Shown here piece after piece: positions 10,222 through 19,555 of a stretch of DNA of 64,000 nt. The number at the start of each line of letters is the position of its first letter. Position 1 is the stretch's first letter. The DNA lies in NCBI GenBank assembly GCA_964393545.1, contig CAYMUB010000059.1, forward strand, positions 4,571 to 68,570, read 5' to 3'. The translations under genes were made by a program, and so were the position numbers. This DNA is from an uncultured Gammaproteobacteria bacterium. Lineage in GTDB: Bacteria > Patescibacteriota > Microgenomatia > Daviesbacterales > UBA10151. The notes beneath the pieces were generated by a model that saw only the letters and a program-made list of their open reading frames with translations, was not told where the DNA came from and searched no databases.

Positions 10222-11534
10222 ACGATCTACCCTTAATTAAATTTAATCCCAAACTGCCTAAACTGTCAGCAAATGAAAAAGCTGTATTAAAACTGCTAGT
10301 TGAAGCAGGGGAATTAATTGTACCAATCTATCTTGAACAAGAAAATCAGATCAAAAAAATAGGTAACCTTTATCCTAAAGGAGTCAATAAAGAGAAAATT
10401 AGGATAGCTGCTAAGAAAAATCCTGAGGTTTTATCACCATATACAGTAGTTGAGGAAGTTAATGGGGAGCTGAGAGCAGTACCGTACCATATAAAGTACG
10501 CACAACTTTTAAAACCTGTTGCAGAAAAATTAAATCAGGCAAGTATGATAGCTGACAATAAAGAATTTAGTGAATTTTTAAAGTTGCAAGCAAAGGCTTT
10601 ACTGGATGGAACATATGAAGATGTTTTTGCTTCATGGCAGAAGATGAAACCTTATATTCTAGATATTTCTATTGGACCTGTAGAGCACTATGATGACAGA
10701 GTATTTTTCACCAAAGCAGCTTATCAAGCTTGGGTTGGGGTTGTTGATATGGAGGCAACAAGGAAACTCTATTTTGATAAAACTATAGTTTTAAGTGCTA
10801 GAAGAGATGTTTTAATACCGGGTGAACGGTTAGATAATTATGAGAAAGTCAAGGCAAAAGTGGATGATGTACTCTTGCTCTCAGGATTAATAGCCAGGAC
10901 AAAGTTTGTAGGGCTTAATTTACCTATGAACCTTAAGCTTGTTGAAAAGTATGGATCTGAGGTTACAATATTTAAACAAGTTAATGATTCAAGACTACAA
11001 GAGCAGATACTCCCGACTTTTAAAAAGATTTTTTCTTCGGAGTTTAGAAAAGGATATAGTTCAGAAGATTTAAGAAAAGGTAGTTTACGTTATGTTGCCT
11101 TTCATGAGTTAGCGCATAACTACTTATACTACAAAAGTTCTGCTGAGAGACTTCAGGATTTACTCCCTTCTATCTACGAACTTACTGCTACTCTTTTAGG
11201 TATGAGAATTGCTGGGTCCTTGCTCTTAAAAGATGTCCTTACCAATAAGGAGCTTGAATCAATGATTGTGGCATTCGTTTGCAGAAGCTTTGACCTTATA
11301 GAGAAAAATAAAACTAACAAATTTATGATTAATTATGCTTCCGGGGGGGCTATTTTTATTAACTTTATGCTTGAAAGTGGTGCTTTAAAACAAAAAGGAG
11401 GCATGACTATGCCTAATTTTATGAGGATTTTTGTATCATTACAGGAGTTATCATATATATTAGAACGTTTGTTATCCTCAGGTATCAAAAAAAACGTAGA
11501 GGTTTTCATAAAAAAGTACGGACATTTAAAATAA
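10218..11534 (+). CDS. Hypothetical protein with HExxH motif (HELAHNY), paralog B of tandem pair
   Basis: 438 aa; first ~36 aa identical to paralog A (100% nt identity over ~127 bp), remainder ~50% aa identity. Confidence 0.7.
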   Translation: MNDLPLIKFNPKLPKLSANEKAVLKLLVEAGELIVPIYLEQENQIKKIGNLYPKGVNKEKIRIAAKKNPEVLSPYTVVEEVNGELRAVPYHIKYAQLLKPVAEKLNQASMIADNKEFSEFLKLQAKALLDGTYEDVFASWQKMKPYILDISIGPVEHYDDRVFFTKAAYQAWVGVVDMEATRKLYFDKTIVLSARRDVLIPGERLDNYEKVKAKVDDVLLLSGLIARTKFVGLNLPMNLKLVEKYGSEVTIFKQVNDSRLQEQILPTFKKIFSSEFRKGYSSEDLRKGSLRYVAFHELAHNYLYYKSSAERLQDLLPSIYELTATLLGMRIAGSLLLKDVLTNKELESMIVAFVCRSFDLIEKNKTNKFMINYASGGAIFINFMLESGALKQKGGMTMPNFMRIFVSLQELSYILERLLSSGIKKNVEVFIKKYGHLK

Positions 11535-11598
11535 AACTTCATGCGACTTCTTCGGCATTTTGCAATATGTATGAACAAACGATATAATAACGCCCATT

Positions 11599-12468
11599 AT
11601 GACGATAGAACAAAAAGAGAGAAGGATGTTAACAAGAATGGTTAGTGGAGGAGCTGAACAGCGTGGACCTACAGCTATAGATCTTCCGAAAACAGGATAT
11701 ATTGTAGATATGTATCAAAAGGGATCTTATATTGCAGAAAAGGATGAATTAGCTAGAATAACAAAACGTCTAATTGTAAGCTCCGGTCTTTGGACTCAAG
11801 ATGTAGCAAACCAAATGGTTGAATCGGGTTTAGGTAGCAGTGATCCTGATAATACAAGCTGGCTAGGTTTTAGAAAATCAAATGCACCTCGGGGTGAATA
11901 TGATGGAGTTGCTTGGCAAGAAGAATTATATATTCCTACGGTTAGAGGATACGTGCGACTTCTTCATATGAAATTAAGAGCGTTCGTACCAGATGCTCAA
12001 GGACTTCACCTAGGAAGAACTGGTATGCAGCTTGCTCTCGGTGCACATCCTGAGGTTACTCATATTTCTCATCGAACAGGAAGTGCTGCAGCAGCACGCT
12101 CCTGGTTAGAGTCAGGAGTTTTCAGGGAAGGACGACGTTTTCCTTACGATCTTCCATTTGTTCAAGCTCCCCAGTTGCCCCAAATATTACTATGGCTTTA
12201 TGAGTTATATCATGTAAATGGAGAAAGGCCAAACCTTTCTACGGGAGTAAGTGTGGGTGATTATATCGAACAAAATAAGGCTTATATACCAGATCGAACG
12301 CACCAACCTACAATGGAAATTCTTAAATGGATGGAAGAAAAACCAACAGTATTAGTAGACGGAATGGAAGTAAAAAGGAAAGTATTAGTAGACGGAATGG
12401 AAAAAGATCCATTAGGAATGGATTTACAAAGAGGTGATTCGTTAACTGAGATTGGTGAACTCAGATAA
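11599..12468 (+). CDS. Hypothetical protein (partner Y of paralog B)
   Basis: 289-aa ORF, locally GC-rich (~50% over stretches) versus surroundings; no detectable similarity to partner X. Confidence 0.55.
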   Translation: MTIEQKERRMLTRMVSGGAEQRGPTAIDLPKTGYIVDMYQKGSYIAEKDELARITKRLIVSSGLWTQDVANQMVESGLGSSDPDNTSWLGFRKSNAPRGEYDGVAWQEELYIPTVRGYVRLLHMKLRAFVPDAQGLHLGRTGMQLALGAHPEVTHISHRTGSAAAARSWLESGVFREGRRFPYDLPFVQAPQLPQILLWLYELYHVNGERPNLSTGVSVGDYIEQNKAYIPDRTHQPTMEILKWMEEKPTVLVDGMEVKRKVLVDGMEKDPLGMDLQRGDSLTEIGELR

Positions 12469-12485
12469 AATTTGTTTAATTTCTT

Positions 12486-12520
12486 CTTTTAAAAACCTTC
12501 AGCTTCAGATATACTTTACC
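12486..12520. repeat. Copy 2 of ~33-bp unit-terminal repeat, immediately upstream of lysS
   Basis: CTTTTAAAAACCTTCAGCTTCAGATATACTTTACC vs copy at 10114. Confidence 0.7.
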
Positions 12521-12527
12521 CAATAGT

Positions 12528-14093
12528 ATGTATTGGGCAGATAGGGTTGCTAAAGAAATAATTGATTCAGGCAAATTTAAGCCATATTGGGTTGATGATA
12601 TGTTTACCCCTTCAGGTTATGCCCATATTGGTTCTTTAAGAGGGCCTTTGGTTCATGATTTAATCTATAAAGCTTTAGTTCATCAAAATCAGCAAACTAG
12701 GTTTACCTATGTAATGAATGATTTTGATCCTATAGATGGTTTACCAAAAGAACTGGAAAAAGATTTTTCCAAATACTTAGGTTTTCCCTTAAGAGTAGCT
12801 CCCTCACCTGAAAAAGGATTTGATAGTTTTGCCCAATTTTTTGCTGCTGATTTTAAAAATGTTTTAAATAGTTTAGGTATACAAGCAGAATTTTTATCTT
12901 CTTATGATATGTACAAAGAAGGTAAATTTGATGAAGCTATCAAAATTGCCCTGGACAATGTAGAAAAGATTCAGAATATTTATCAAAAAGTCAGTGGAAG
13001 CAAAAAGGCAGAGCAAGGCTGGTTGCCTTTACAAGTAGTTTGTGAAAATTGTGGCAAATTAGGTACCACCAGAGTTCATAACTTTGATGGGAAAGAAGTT
13101 GAATATACTTGTGAACTTATCATGGTTAAATGGGCTCAGGGTTGCGGATATACTGGTAGAATCTCTCCTTTTGGGGGAAAAGGAAAATTGCCCTGGAAAG
13201 TAGACTGGCCTGCTCATTGGTCAGTAATAGGTGTAACAATAGAAGGGGCTGGTAAAGACCACTCATCTGCTGGTGGTTCAAGAGATATTGCCAAAGAGTT
13301 ATGTAAGAATGTCTTTAAGATCAAGGAGCCATATAATTTGCCCTATGAATTTTTCTTAATCGGTGGTAAAAAAATGGCTTCATCTAAAGGTTTAGGTTTA
13401 AAAGCTAGAGATGCAAAACAACTTTTACCTTCAGAACTGGTCAGGTTTCTATTTGTCAGGACAGATTACAGGCAAGCTGTTGAGTTTGATCCTTTGGGTA
13501 CAATGGCTATTCCAGATTTGTTTGATGAATATGATAGATGTTACTTAGCATTTGCTAAGAAAACGGATCAAGACCTGGCAAGAGCTTTTGAAATGGCACA
13601 AGTTGGAGAATTGCCGGAAGGTGATATTAAAATTTTACCTAGGTTTAGGGATGTAGTTAATTTTGTACAAACCCCTAATGTTGATGTCTGGAAAAAGTTT
13701 GAAGAGATAAAAGGTTCAAAGTTAACTGAAGAAGAAAAAAAGATTTTGGGAGAAAGGGTAGAATACGCCAAAGTCTGGATTGAAAAATATGCCCCGGATG
13801 AATTCAGATTACAAATGTTACCTGAGTTGCCCAATTTAGCAGATACCTTAACGCAAGAACAAAAAAGTTACCTTTCAAGAGTAGTTGAAATTTTAGATTC
13901 AGCAGAGACAGCAGAAAAACTACAACTGGATTTATATAACCTTTCCAAAGAACTCAAAATAGATGCCAAAATTGCTTTTTCTGCAATATATATTTCCATG
14001 ATAGGAAAACAATTTGGACCAAAGGCTGCCTGGTTTTTATTATCTTATCCAAAGGAAAAAGTAATTGAAAGACTAAAAGAGGCAGCAAAATGA
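12528..14093 (+). CDS. lysK: Lysyl-tRNA synthetase, class I (archaeal/spirochaete type)
   Basis: N-terminus MYWADRVAKEII...TPSGYAHIGSLRG matches class I LysRS HIGH-region signature; KMSKS-like GGKKMASSKG; 521 aa. Confidence 0.8.
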   Translation: MYWADRVAKEIIDSGKFKPYWVDDMFTPSGYAHIGSLRGPLVHDLIYKALVHQNQQTRFTYVMNDFDPIDGLPKELEKDFSKYLGFPLRVAPSPEKGFDSFAQFFAADFKNVLNSLGIQAEFLSSYDMYKEGKFDEAIKIALDNVEKIQNIYQKVSGSKKAEQGWLPLQVVCENCGKLGTTRVHNFDGKEVEYTCELIMVKWAQGCGYTGRISPFGGKGKLPWKVDWPAHWSVIGVTIEGAGKDHSSAGGSRDIAKELCKNVFKIKEPYNLPYEFFLIGGKKMASSKGLGLKARDAKQLLPSELVRFLFVRTDYRQAVEFDPLGTMAIPDLFDEYDRCYLAFAKKTDQDLARAFEMAQVGELPEGDIKILPRFRDVVNFVQTPNVDVWKKFEEIKGSKLTEEEKKILGERVEYAKVWIEKYAPDEFRLQMLPELPNLADTLTQEQKSYLSRVVEILDSAETAEKLQLDLYNLSKELKIDAKIAFSAIYISMIGKQFGPKAAWFLLSYPKEKVIERLKEAAK

Positions 14094-14683
14094 ATATAAG
14101 TGATCTTAAAAAAATCTTAAAAGTGTTTTTAACTTTGCAATGGGCTAAAGAATTACCAAGACAGGGTTTTATTGCTTTAGGTTTTAAAAGAAATGAAGCA
14201 GATTCAGTAGCAGCCCACTCTTTTACAACGGCTCTTTTAGGGTATTTCTTGGCCAAACAATTACAAAAAGAAGGTACAAAAATTGACTGTGATAAAGTAT
14301 TGAAAATGGGTCTAGTACATGATATTGGGGAAACAATTGTGGGAGATGTGGGAACTTTTGTCAAAGGTATGGCTGGGGGAGTATTTAAAAATATTGAGGA
14401 AGAAGGGGTAAAAGCCTTAGTTGAGGATTTGGATTCCAAAGATGAGATATTAAAGCTTGTTTCGGAATATAACGGGAGAAATACTTTGGAGGCCAGAGTG
14501 GTTAAAACTGCAGATAATTTAGATGCGCTAGCTCAAGCTAAAGGTGTACCTGGAGCCCAAGATGCGTTAAAATATTTTAAGCAGATGACTCATATTACAA
14601 AATTTGACTGGCATAAAACTGCTATAGATTTAATACTAAGTAATAAGGTGGAGCCGGAAAGAGGCTGGCAGGAAAAAGAATAG
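14090..14683 (+). CDS. HD-domain phosphohydrolase (YfbR-like 5'-nucleotidase family)
   Basis: H...HD motif (HSF...VHDIGE), ~197 aa. Confidence 0.65.
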   Translation: MNISDLKKILKVFLTLQWAKELPRQGFIALGFKRNEADSVAAHSFTTALLGYFLAKQLQKEGTKIDCDKVLKMGLVHDIGETIVGDVGTFVKGMAGGVFKNIEEEGVKALVEDLDSKDEILKLVSEYNGRNTLEARVVKTADNLDALAQAKGVPGAQDALKYFKQMTHITKFDWHKTAIDLILSNKVEPERGWQEKE

Positions 14684-14685
14684 TT

Positions 14686-15918
14686 ATGTTAGACATAAAT
14701 TTTATCAAAGAAAACTTAGCAAAAGTTAAAAAAGATATTGTAGACAGGAAGACAGACGTTGATCTGGATAAACTGTTATCTTTAGATGAACAAAGAAAAG
14801 AATTAATTCAACAAGTTGATGCCATCAGGGCCAGAAGAAATGAAGCAGCCAAAGCAAAAGATATTGAATCTGGTAAGAAAATAAAGACCGAGTTGGGTGG
14901 ACTTGAGAAACAATTAGCAGACATAGAAAAAGAGTGGAATATGTTAATGTTTCAAGTGCCAAATATTCTGCTGGATGAAGTTCCCAGGGGTGATGTAACT
15001 CAAAATAAAATTCTCAGAAAAGAAGGGGAAATACCCAAGTTTTCCTTTATTCCTAAAGACCATATAACACTTGGAAAGCTTTTAAATATTATAGATTTTG
15101 ACAGAGGAGTAAAGGTGGGAGGATTTAGAGGTTATTATTTAAAAAATGAAGGTGCCAGATTGCACTGGGCTATCTTGCAATTTGCCTTTGATCATTTAAT
15201 ACAAAAAGGTTTTAATCCTGTTGTCCCACCGGTAATAAATAAAAGATTTGCTTTAGTTGGAGGAGGACAATTTCCTTGGGGTGAGGAAGATACATACAAG
15301 GTTTCAGAAGAAGATTTTTTAGTTGGGACAGCTGAGATTCCTTTGATGGCCATGCATTCTGATGAGACTTTTGAGTTAAAAGATTTACCAAAAAAATATG
15401 TAGGAATATCTTCTTGTTTTAGAACAGAAATTGGTTCTTATGGCAAAGATACTAAAGGTTTATATAGAGTTCATGAATTTTATAAAGTAGAGCAGGTAGT
15501 CTTGTGTGAGGCGGATGAGCAAGAGTCTTTAGGTTTTTTTGAAGAATTGCAAGATAATTCAGAGGATATTTTGCAGGAATTAGGTCTACCCTATCAGGTA
15601 GTTATTCTATCCAGTCAAGATATAGGTAAAAAATCAGCTTTAACATATGATATAGAAACATATATGGCAGCCAGGAATGGCTATGGTGAAACTCACTCCA
15701 ATTCAATAGTCTTAGACTTTCAAACCAGAAGACTTAAAATTAAATACAAGGATCAAGATGGAAAAGTTAAATTTTGTCACGCCTTAAATAATACGGCTAT
15801 TGCCTCACCCAGAATTTTAATTCCTATTTTGGAAAACTTCCAGACTGAGGATGGATCTGTAAAAATTCCAGAAGTTTTGCAAAAGTACACCGGCTTTTCA
15901 GAGATTAACCCTAAATAG
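14686..15918 (+). CDS. serS: Seryl-tRNA synthetase
   Basis: N-terminal coiled-coil tRNA-binding arm, class II motifs; 410 aa. Confidence 0.88.
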   Translation: MLDINFIKENLAKVKKDIVDRKTDVDLDKLLSLDEQRKELIQQVDAIRARRNEAAKAKDIESGKKIKTELGGLEKQLADIEKEWNMLMFQVPNILLDEVPRGDVTQNKILRKEGEIPKFSFIPKDHITLGKLLNIIDFDRGVKVGGFRGYYLKNEGARLHWAILQFAFDHLIQKGFNPVVPPVINKRFALVGGGQFPWGEEDTYKVSEEDFLVGTAEIPLMAMHSDETFELKDLPKKYVGISSCFRTEIGSYGKDTKGLYRVHEFYKVEQVVLCEADEQESLGFFEELQDNSEDILQELGLPYQVVILSSQDIGKKSALTYDIETYMAARNGYGETHSNSIVLDFQTRRLKIKYKDQDGKVKFCHALNNTAIASPRILIPILENFQTEDGSVKIPEVLQKYTGFSEINPK

Positions 15919-15920
15919 CT

Positions 15921-16718
15921 CTATCTTCCCTGTTGTCTTTGTCTGGCTAAGTCAGCAGCCGAAGTAGCTTGAAGAGAAGCTGATGCACTACCACCTTGTA
16001 GTTGACCAAAATTAGCAGATCCACTTGCAACTGGAGCAGTAGTTTGAGGAATAGGAGTAGCAATAGGAGCAGGAGTTTTTACAGTTGTTTTAGAAACCTC
16101 AGCCGGAAGAGAAGTATTAGTTTTAGGTTGACCTATTCCTAAAATAAAATAGGCTGAAGCACCTATCACAATAATAAGCAAGAGTATTCCTGTTCCAATT
16201 AACCATTTTGGTATACCCCTATGATCTTGAGTTGGAAGGGTTGGTACTTGAGGAGAATTATTGATGGGAGTTGATGGGACAACTAATGTTTCAGGTGCAG
16301 TAGAAAGGTTTTGCCCATTATCTAAAGGAGAATTATTGCTTATTAAGTGTGATAAATCTGTAGGAGCTAATTCTGATTGAACCGGAGCTGGTTCTGCTTG
16401 AACTGGTGCTGATTCAGTTAAAGCAGTTTCCGGTAGGGTTACAGGTAAAGGGGCTGTAGGTGGAGCAGGAGGAACCCAAGTTGGTTGAGGTGAAGAAACT
16501 GGTGGTACAGATGTGCTCCAGGGATTATCTAAAGGAGAGGTAGTTGCAGGTGGGATAAAAGTAGAAACCGGTTCTGGCTGGGTAGTAGGAATAGTTGATG
16601 GTTGAGTGGGAAAAGGATTGGCAGGTGGCGATGTCCAAGTAGGCATAGGAGGAGTAGTGTTTCCTGGTGAAGAAGGATTTGTATTATTTGGCGGATTTGG
16701 ATTGTTCTGATTGTCCAT
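15921..16718 (-). CDS. Pro/Thr/Ser-rich single-pass membrane protein (low complexity), hypothetical
   Basis: 265 aa; P/T-rich N-terminal 170 aa, one TM helix (WLIGTGILLLIIVIGASAYFIL), P/T-rich C-terminus. Confidence 0.5.
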   Translation of the reverse strand: MDNQNNPNPPNNTNPSSPGNTTPPMPTWTSPPANPFPTQPSTIPTTQPEPVSTFIPPATTSPLDNPWSTSVPPVSSPQPTWVPPAPPTAPLPVTLPETALTESAPVQAEPAPVQSELAPTDLSHLISNNSPLDNGQNLSTAPETLVVPSTPINNSPQVPTLPTQDHRGIPKWLIGTGILLLIIVIGASAYFILGIGQPKTNTSLPAEVSKTTVKTPAPIATPIPQTTAPVASGSANFGQLQGGSASASLQATSAADLARQRQQGR

Positions 16719-16760
16719 TGGGCAGACCTTTAACTGTTAGTTTAGTAAAGCAATGATCAG

Positions 16761-16790
16761 TTGTCAATGATTAATAGAGAAAGGTATAAT
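16761..16790 (+). promoter_or_regulatory. Putative sigma70-like promoter for secA (TTGTCA-18 nt-TATAAT), very short leader
   Basis: -35 TTGTCA 16761-16766, -10 TATAAT 16785-16790, secA ATG at 16802. Confidence 0.4.
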
Positions 16791-16801
16791 AAACGAAACT
16801 T

Positions 16802-19489
16802 ATGTTAGGAATCTTGGGAAAGTGGTTGGATTCAAATGAGAGAGAGATAGGGAAACTTAAACCTTTAGTTGAGAGTATTAATAGTTTTGAGAAAAAAACC
16901 TCTAGGTTGACTGATAAACAATTAAAAGGAAAATTTGCAGAGTTTAAGTTGCAACACGAACGTGGTAAAAATTTGGAAGAGCTTTTACCAGAAGTTTTTG
17001 CTGTTGTTCGTGAATCAGCAAAAAGAAACCTTAACCAGCGTCACTTTGATGTGCAACTCATGGCTTCTATTACTTTACATCAAGGTAAAATCGCTGAGCA
17101 AAAAACTGGTGAAGGAAAGACTTTGTCAGCAACTCCGGCGTTATTTTTAAACGCCATTGCTGGGAAAGGTGTACACCTGGTAACAGTTAATGATTATTTG
17201 GCCATGCGGGATTGTGGGTGGATGGGGCCAGTATATTATGCTTTGGGAGCAACTTGTGCAACTATTGTTCACGATGCTGCTTATATTTATGATCCAAAAT
17301 ATAAATCAACTGTTCATGAGGATAAAAGATTACAACATTTAAAACCAATCACAAGAAAAGAAGCATATGCTGCAGATATTACCTATGGTACCAATAATGA
17401 ATTTGGTTTTGATTATTTGCGGGATAATATGGCTTTTAAATTAGCTGATCAATCCCAAACCCGCCTGCCGGACGGACAGGGAGGTCATTTTTTTGCAGTA
17501 GTTGATGAGGTTGATTCTATTTTAATTGATGAGGCAAGAACACCTTTAATCATCTCTCAGCCAGCCCAAGAAGCAACGGATAAGTACTACCAGTTTTCCA
17601 AAATTATAGACTCTCTTTCCCCCTCTGATTATGTAATTGATGAAAAAGCCAGGACTGCTCATCTTACTGAAGAAGGAACATTAAAGATAGAAAAGATGCT
17701 AGGGGTTAATAATCTATATGAAAAAGATTTTTCAACCCTGCATCATTTAGAAGAATCTTTAAAAGCCAAAACTTTGTTTCAAAAAGATAGAGATTATGTA
17801 GTTAAAGATGGGGAAGTAATTATTGTAGATGAATTTACCGGAAGATTAATGTTAGGCCGCCGCTATTCTGAAGGCTTGCATCAGGCAATTGAGGCAAAGG
17901 AAGGTGTAACTATCCAGAAAGAATCTCAAACTCTGGCCACTATTTCTTTCCAAAATTATTTCAGAATGTATAAAAAGTTAGCTGGTATGACAGGTACTGC
18001 TGCAACAGAAGCTGAAGAGTTTAGCAAAATATATAAATTAGAAGTGATTATTATTCCCACTAATAATCCAATGATAAGAAAAGATCATCCAGATACTATT
18101 TATAAAACTCAAGTTGGAAAATATACAGCGGTGGCTGATTTAGTAGCTGAACTTCATGAAAAAGGCCAACCAGTTCTGGTTGGTACGACTTCAATTGAAA
18201 AGAATGAATTTTTATCAGATCTTCTAAAAAGAAAAGGGGTTTCGCATGCTTTACTTAACGCAAAAAATCATGAAAAGGAAGCAGAAATCATTGCCAAAGC
18301 CGGACAAAAAGGAGCGGTGACTGTGGCAACAAATATGGCAGGAAGGGGAGTTGATATTGTGTTAGGAAAAGGAGTAACAAATATAGATGGATTGTATGTT
18401 ATTGGAACAGAGAGGCATGAATCAAGAAGAATTGATAACCAGCTTAGAGGTCGTTCCGGTAGACAAGGAGATCCTGGAGAGACCAGATTTTTTGTGTCTT
18501 TGGAAGATGATTTAATGAGAATTTTTGGAGGAGAACAAGTCTCCAAAGTGATGGATTTTCTAAAAATGCCAGAGAATGTGCCAATTGAACATGGATTAGT
18601 TTCGAAAGCCATAGAAGGAGCACAGAAAAAAGTTGAAGGACACAACTTTGATATCAGAAAACACACTGTTGAGTATGACGATGTAATGAATCAACAGAGG
18701 CAAATTATCTATGAAGTAAGAAAGAAAGTTTTGGAAACAGCAGAGAATAAAGACACTTCTTTAAAGATGGAAATATTGGAAAAAATAACAAGAGAAATCT
18801 CAAGTGTTGTGACTATTCATTCTGAAGAGGGAATTAATCCTCAAAAGATTTTAGAGGAATTTTCATCAATTGTTCCTTTGGATGAAAAAAGCCAAACGGA
18901 TTTGCAAAAACAAATCTCTAATTTTTCCAGTACAGATCAGATAAATAAGTTTTTAGTAGATCTTTCAAGTCATTTCTATAATGAAAGAGAAAAAAATGTG
19001 GGGGATGAGGTAGTAAGGCAAATGGAGGTATTTGTATATTTAAATACCATTGATACTTTATGGATTGAGCATTTGGATACTATGGATGATTTAAGGTCAG
19101 GAATAGGACTTAGAGGCTATGCTCAAAGAGATCCTTTAATTGAATATAAAAGAGAAGGTTTCGAATTATTTGAAAAATTAATGGTGGAGATTGATTACGA
19201 AATTGTTCATAGGATTTATAAAGTTGCCCTTCAAGGGCAAGCTCCATCAATTGCAGAGTCTGAACCAATCAAGATAGAGCAGGCAGTTGAAGTAAGGCCT
19301 AAGATAGATATTTCTTTTGAACAAGAGTCAAGCATTACTAAAGTTAAGATAGAAAAAGACGGAATTGTAACTGAGCAAGTTTATGGTTCACAAGGACAAT
19401 TAAATAATACTCATGGAAAATTAGGCAGAAATGATCCTTGTCATTGTGGAAGCGGAAAGAAATATAAAAAATGTCACTATCCTAATTAA
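16802..19489 (+). CDS. secA: Preprotein translocase ATPase SecA
   Basis: 895 aa; DEAD-like motor motifs, C-terminal zinc-binding CHCGSGKKYKKCH. Confidence 0.95.
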   Translation: MLGILGKWLDSNEREIGKLKPLVESINSFEKKTSRLTDKQLKGKFAEFKLQHERGKNLEELLPEVFAVVRESAKRNLNQRHFDVQLMASITLHQGKIAEQKTGEGKTLSATPALFLNAIAGKGVHLVTVNDYLAMRDCGWMGPVYYALGATCATIVHDAAYIYDPKYKSTVHEDKRLQHLKPITRKEAYAADITYGTNNEFGFDYLRDNMAFKLADQSQTRLPDGQGGHFFAVVDEVDSILIDEARTPLIISQPAQEATDKYYQFSKIIDSLSPSDYVIDEKARTAHLTEEGTLKIEKMLGVNNLYEKDFSTLHHLEESLKAKTLFQKDRDYVVKDGEVIIVDEFTGRLMLGRRYSEGLHQAIEAKEGVTIQKESQTLATISFQNYFRMYKKLAGMTGTAATEAEEFSKIYKLEVIIIPTNNPMIRKDHPDTIYKTQVGKYTAVADLVAELHEKGQPVLVGTTSIEKNEFLSDLLKRKGVSHALLNAKNHEKEAEIIAKAGQKGAVTVATNMAGRGVDIVLGKGVTNIDGLYVIGTERHESRRIDNQLRGRSGRQGDPGETRFFVSLEDDLMRIFGGEQVSKVMDFLKMPENVPIEHGLVSKAIEGAQKKVEGHNFDIRKHTVEYDDVMNQQRQIIYEVRKKVLETAENKDTSLKMEILEKITREISSVVTIHSEEGINPQKILEEFSSIVPLDEKSQTDLQKQISNFSSTDQINKFLVDLSSHFYNEREKNVGDEVVRQMEVFVYLNTIDTLWIEHLDTMDDLRSGIGLRGYAQRDPLIEYKREGFELFEKLMVEIDYEIVHRIYKVALQGQAPSIAESEPIKIEQAVEVRPKIDISFEQESSITKVKIEKDGIVTEQVYGSQGQLNNTHGKLGRNDPCHCGSGKKYKKCHYPN

Positions 19490-19555
19490 GAATGATATAT
19501 TGACAATAAGACTAAATATAGCTATTTTTAGTATTATTATTTACTAAATTAACCT

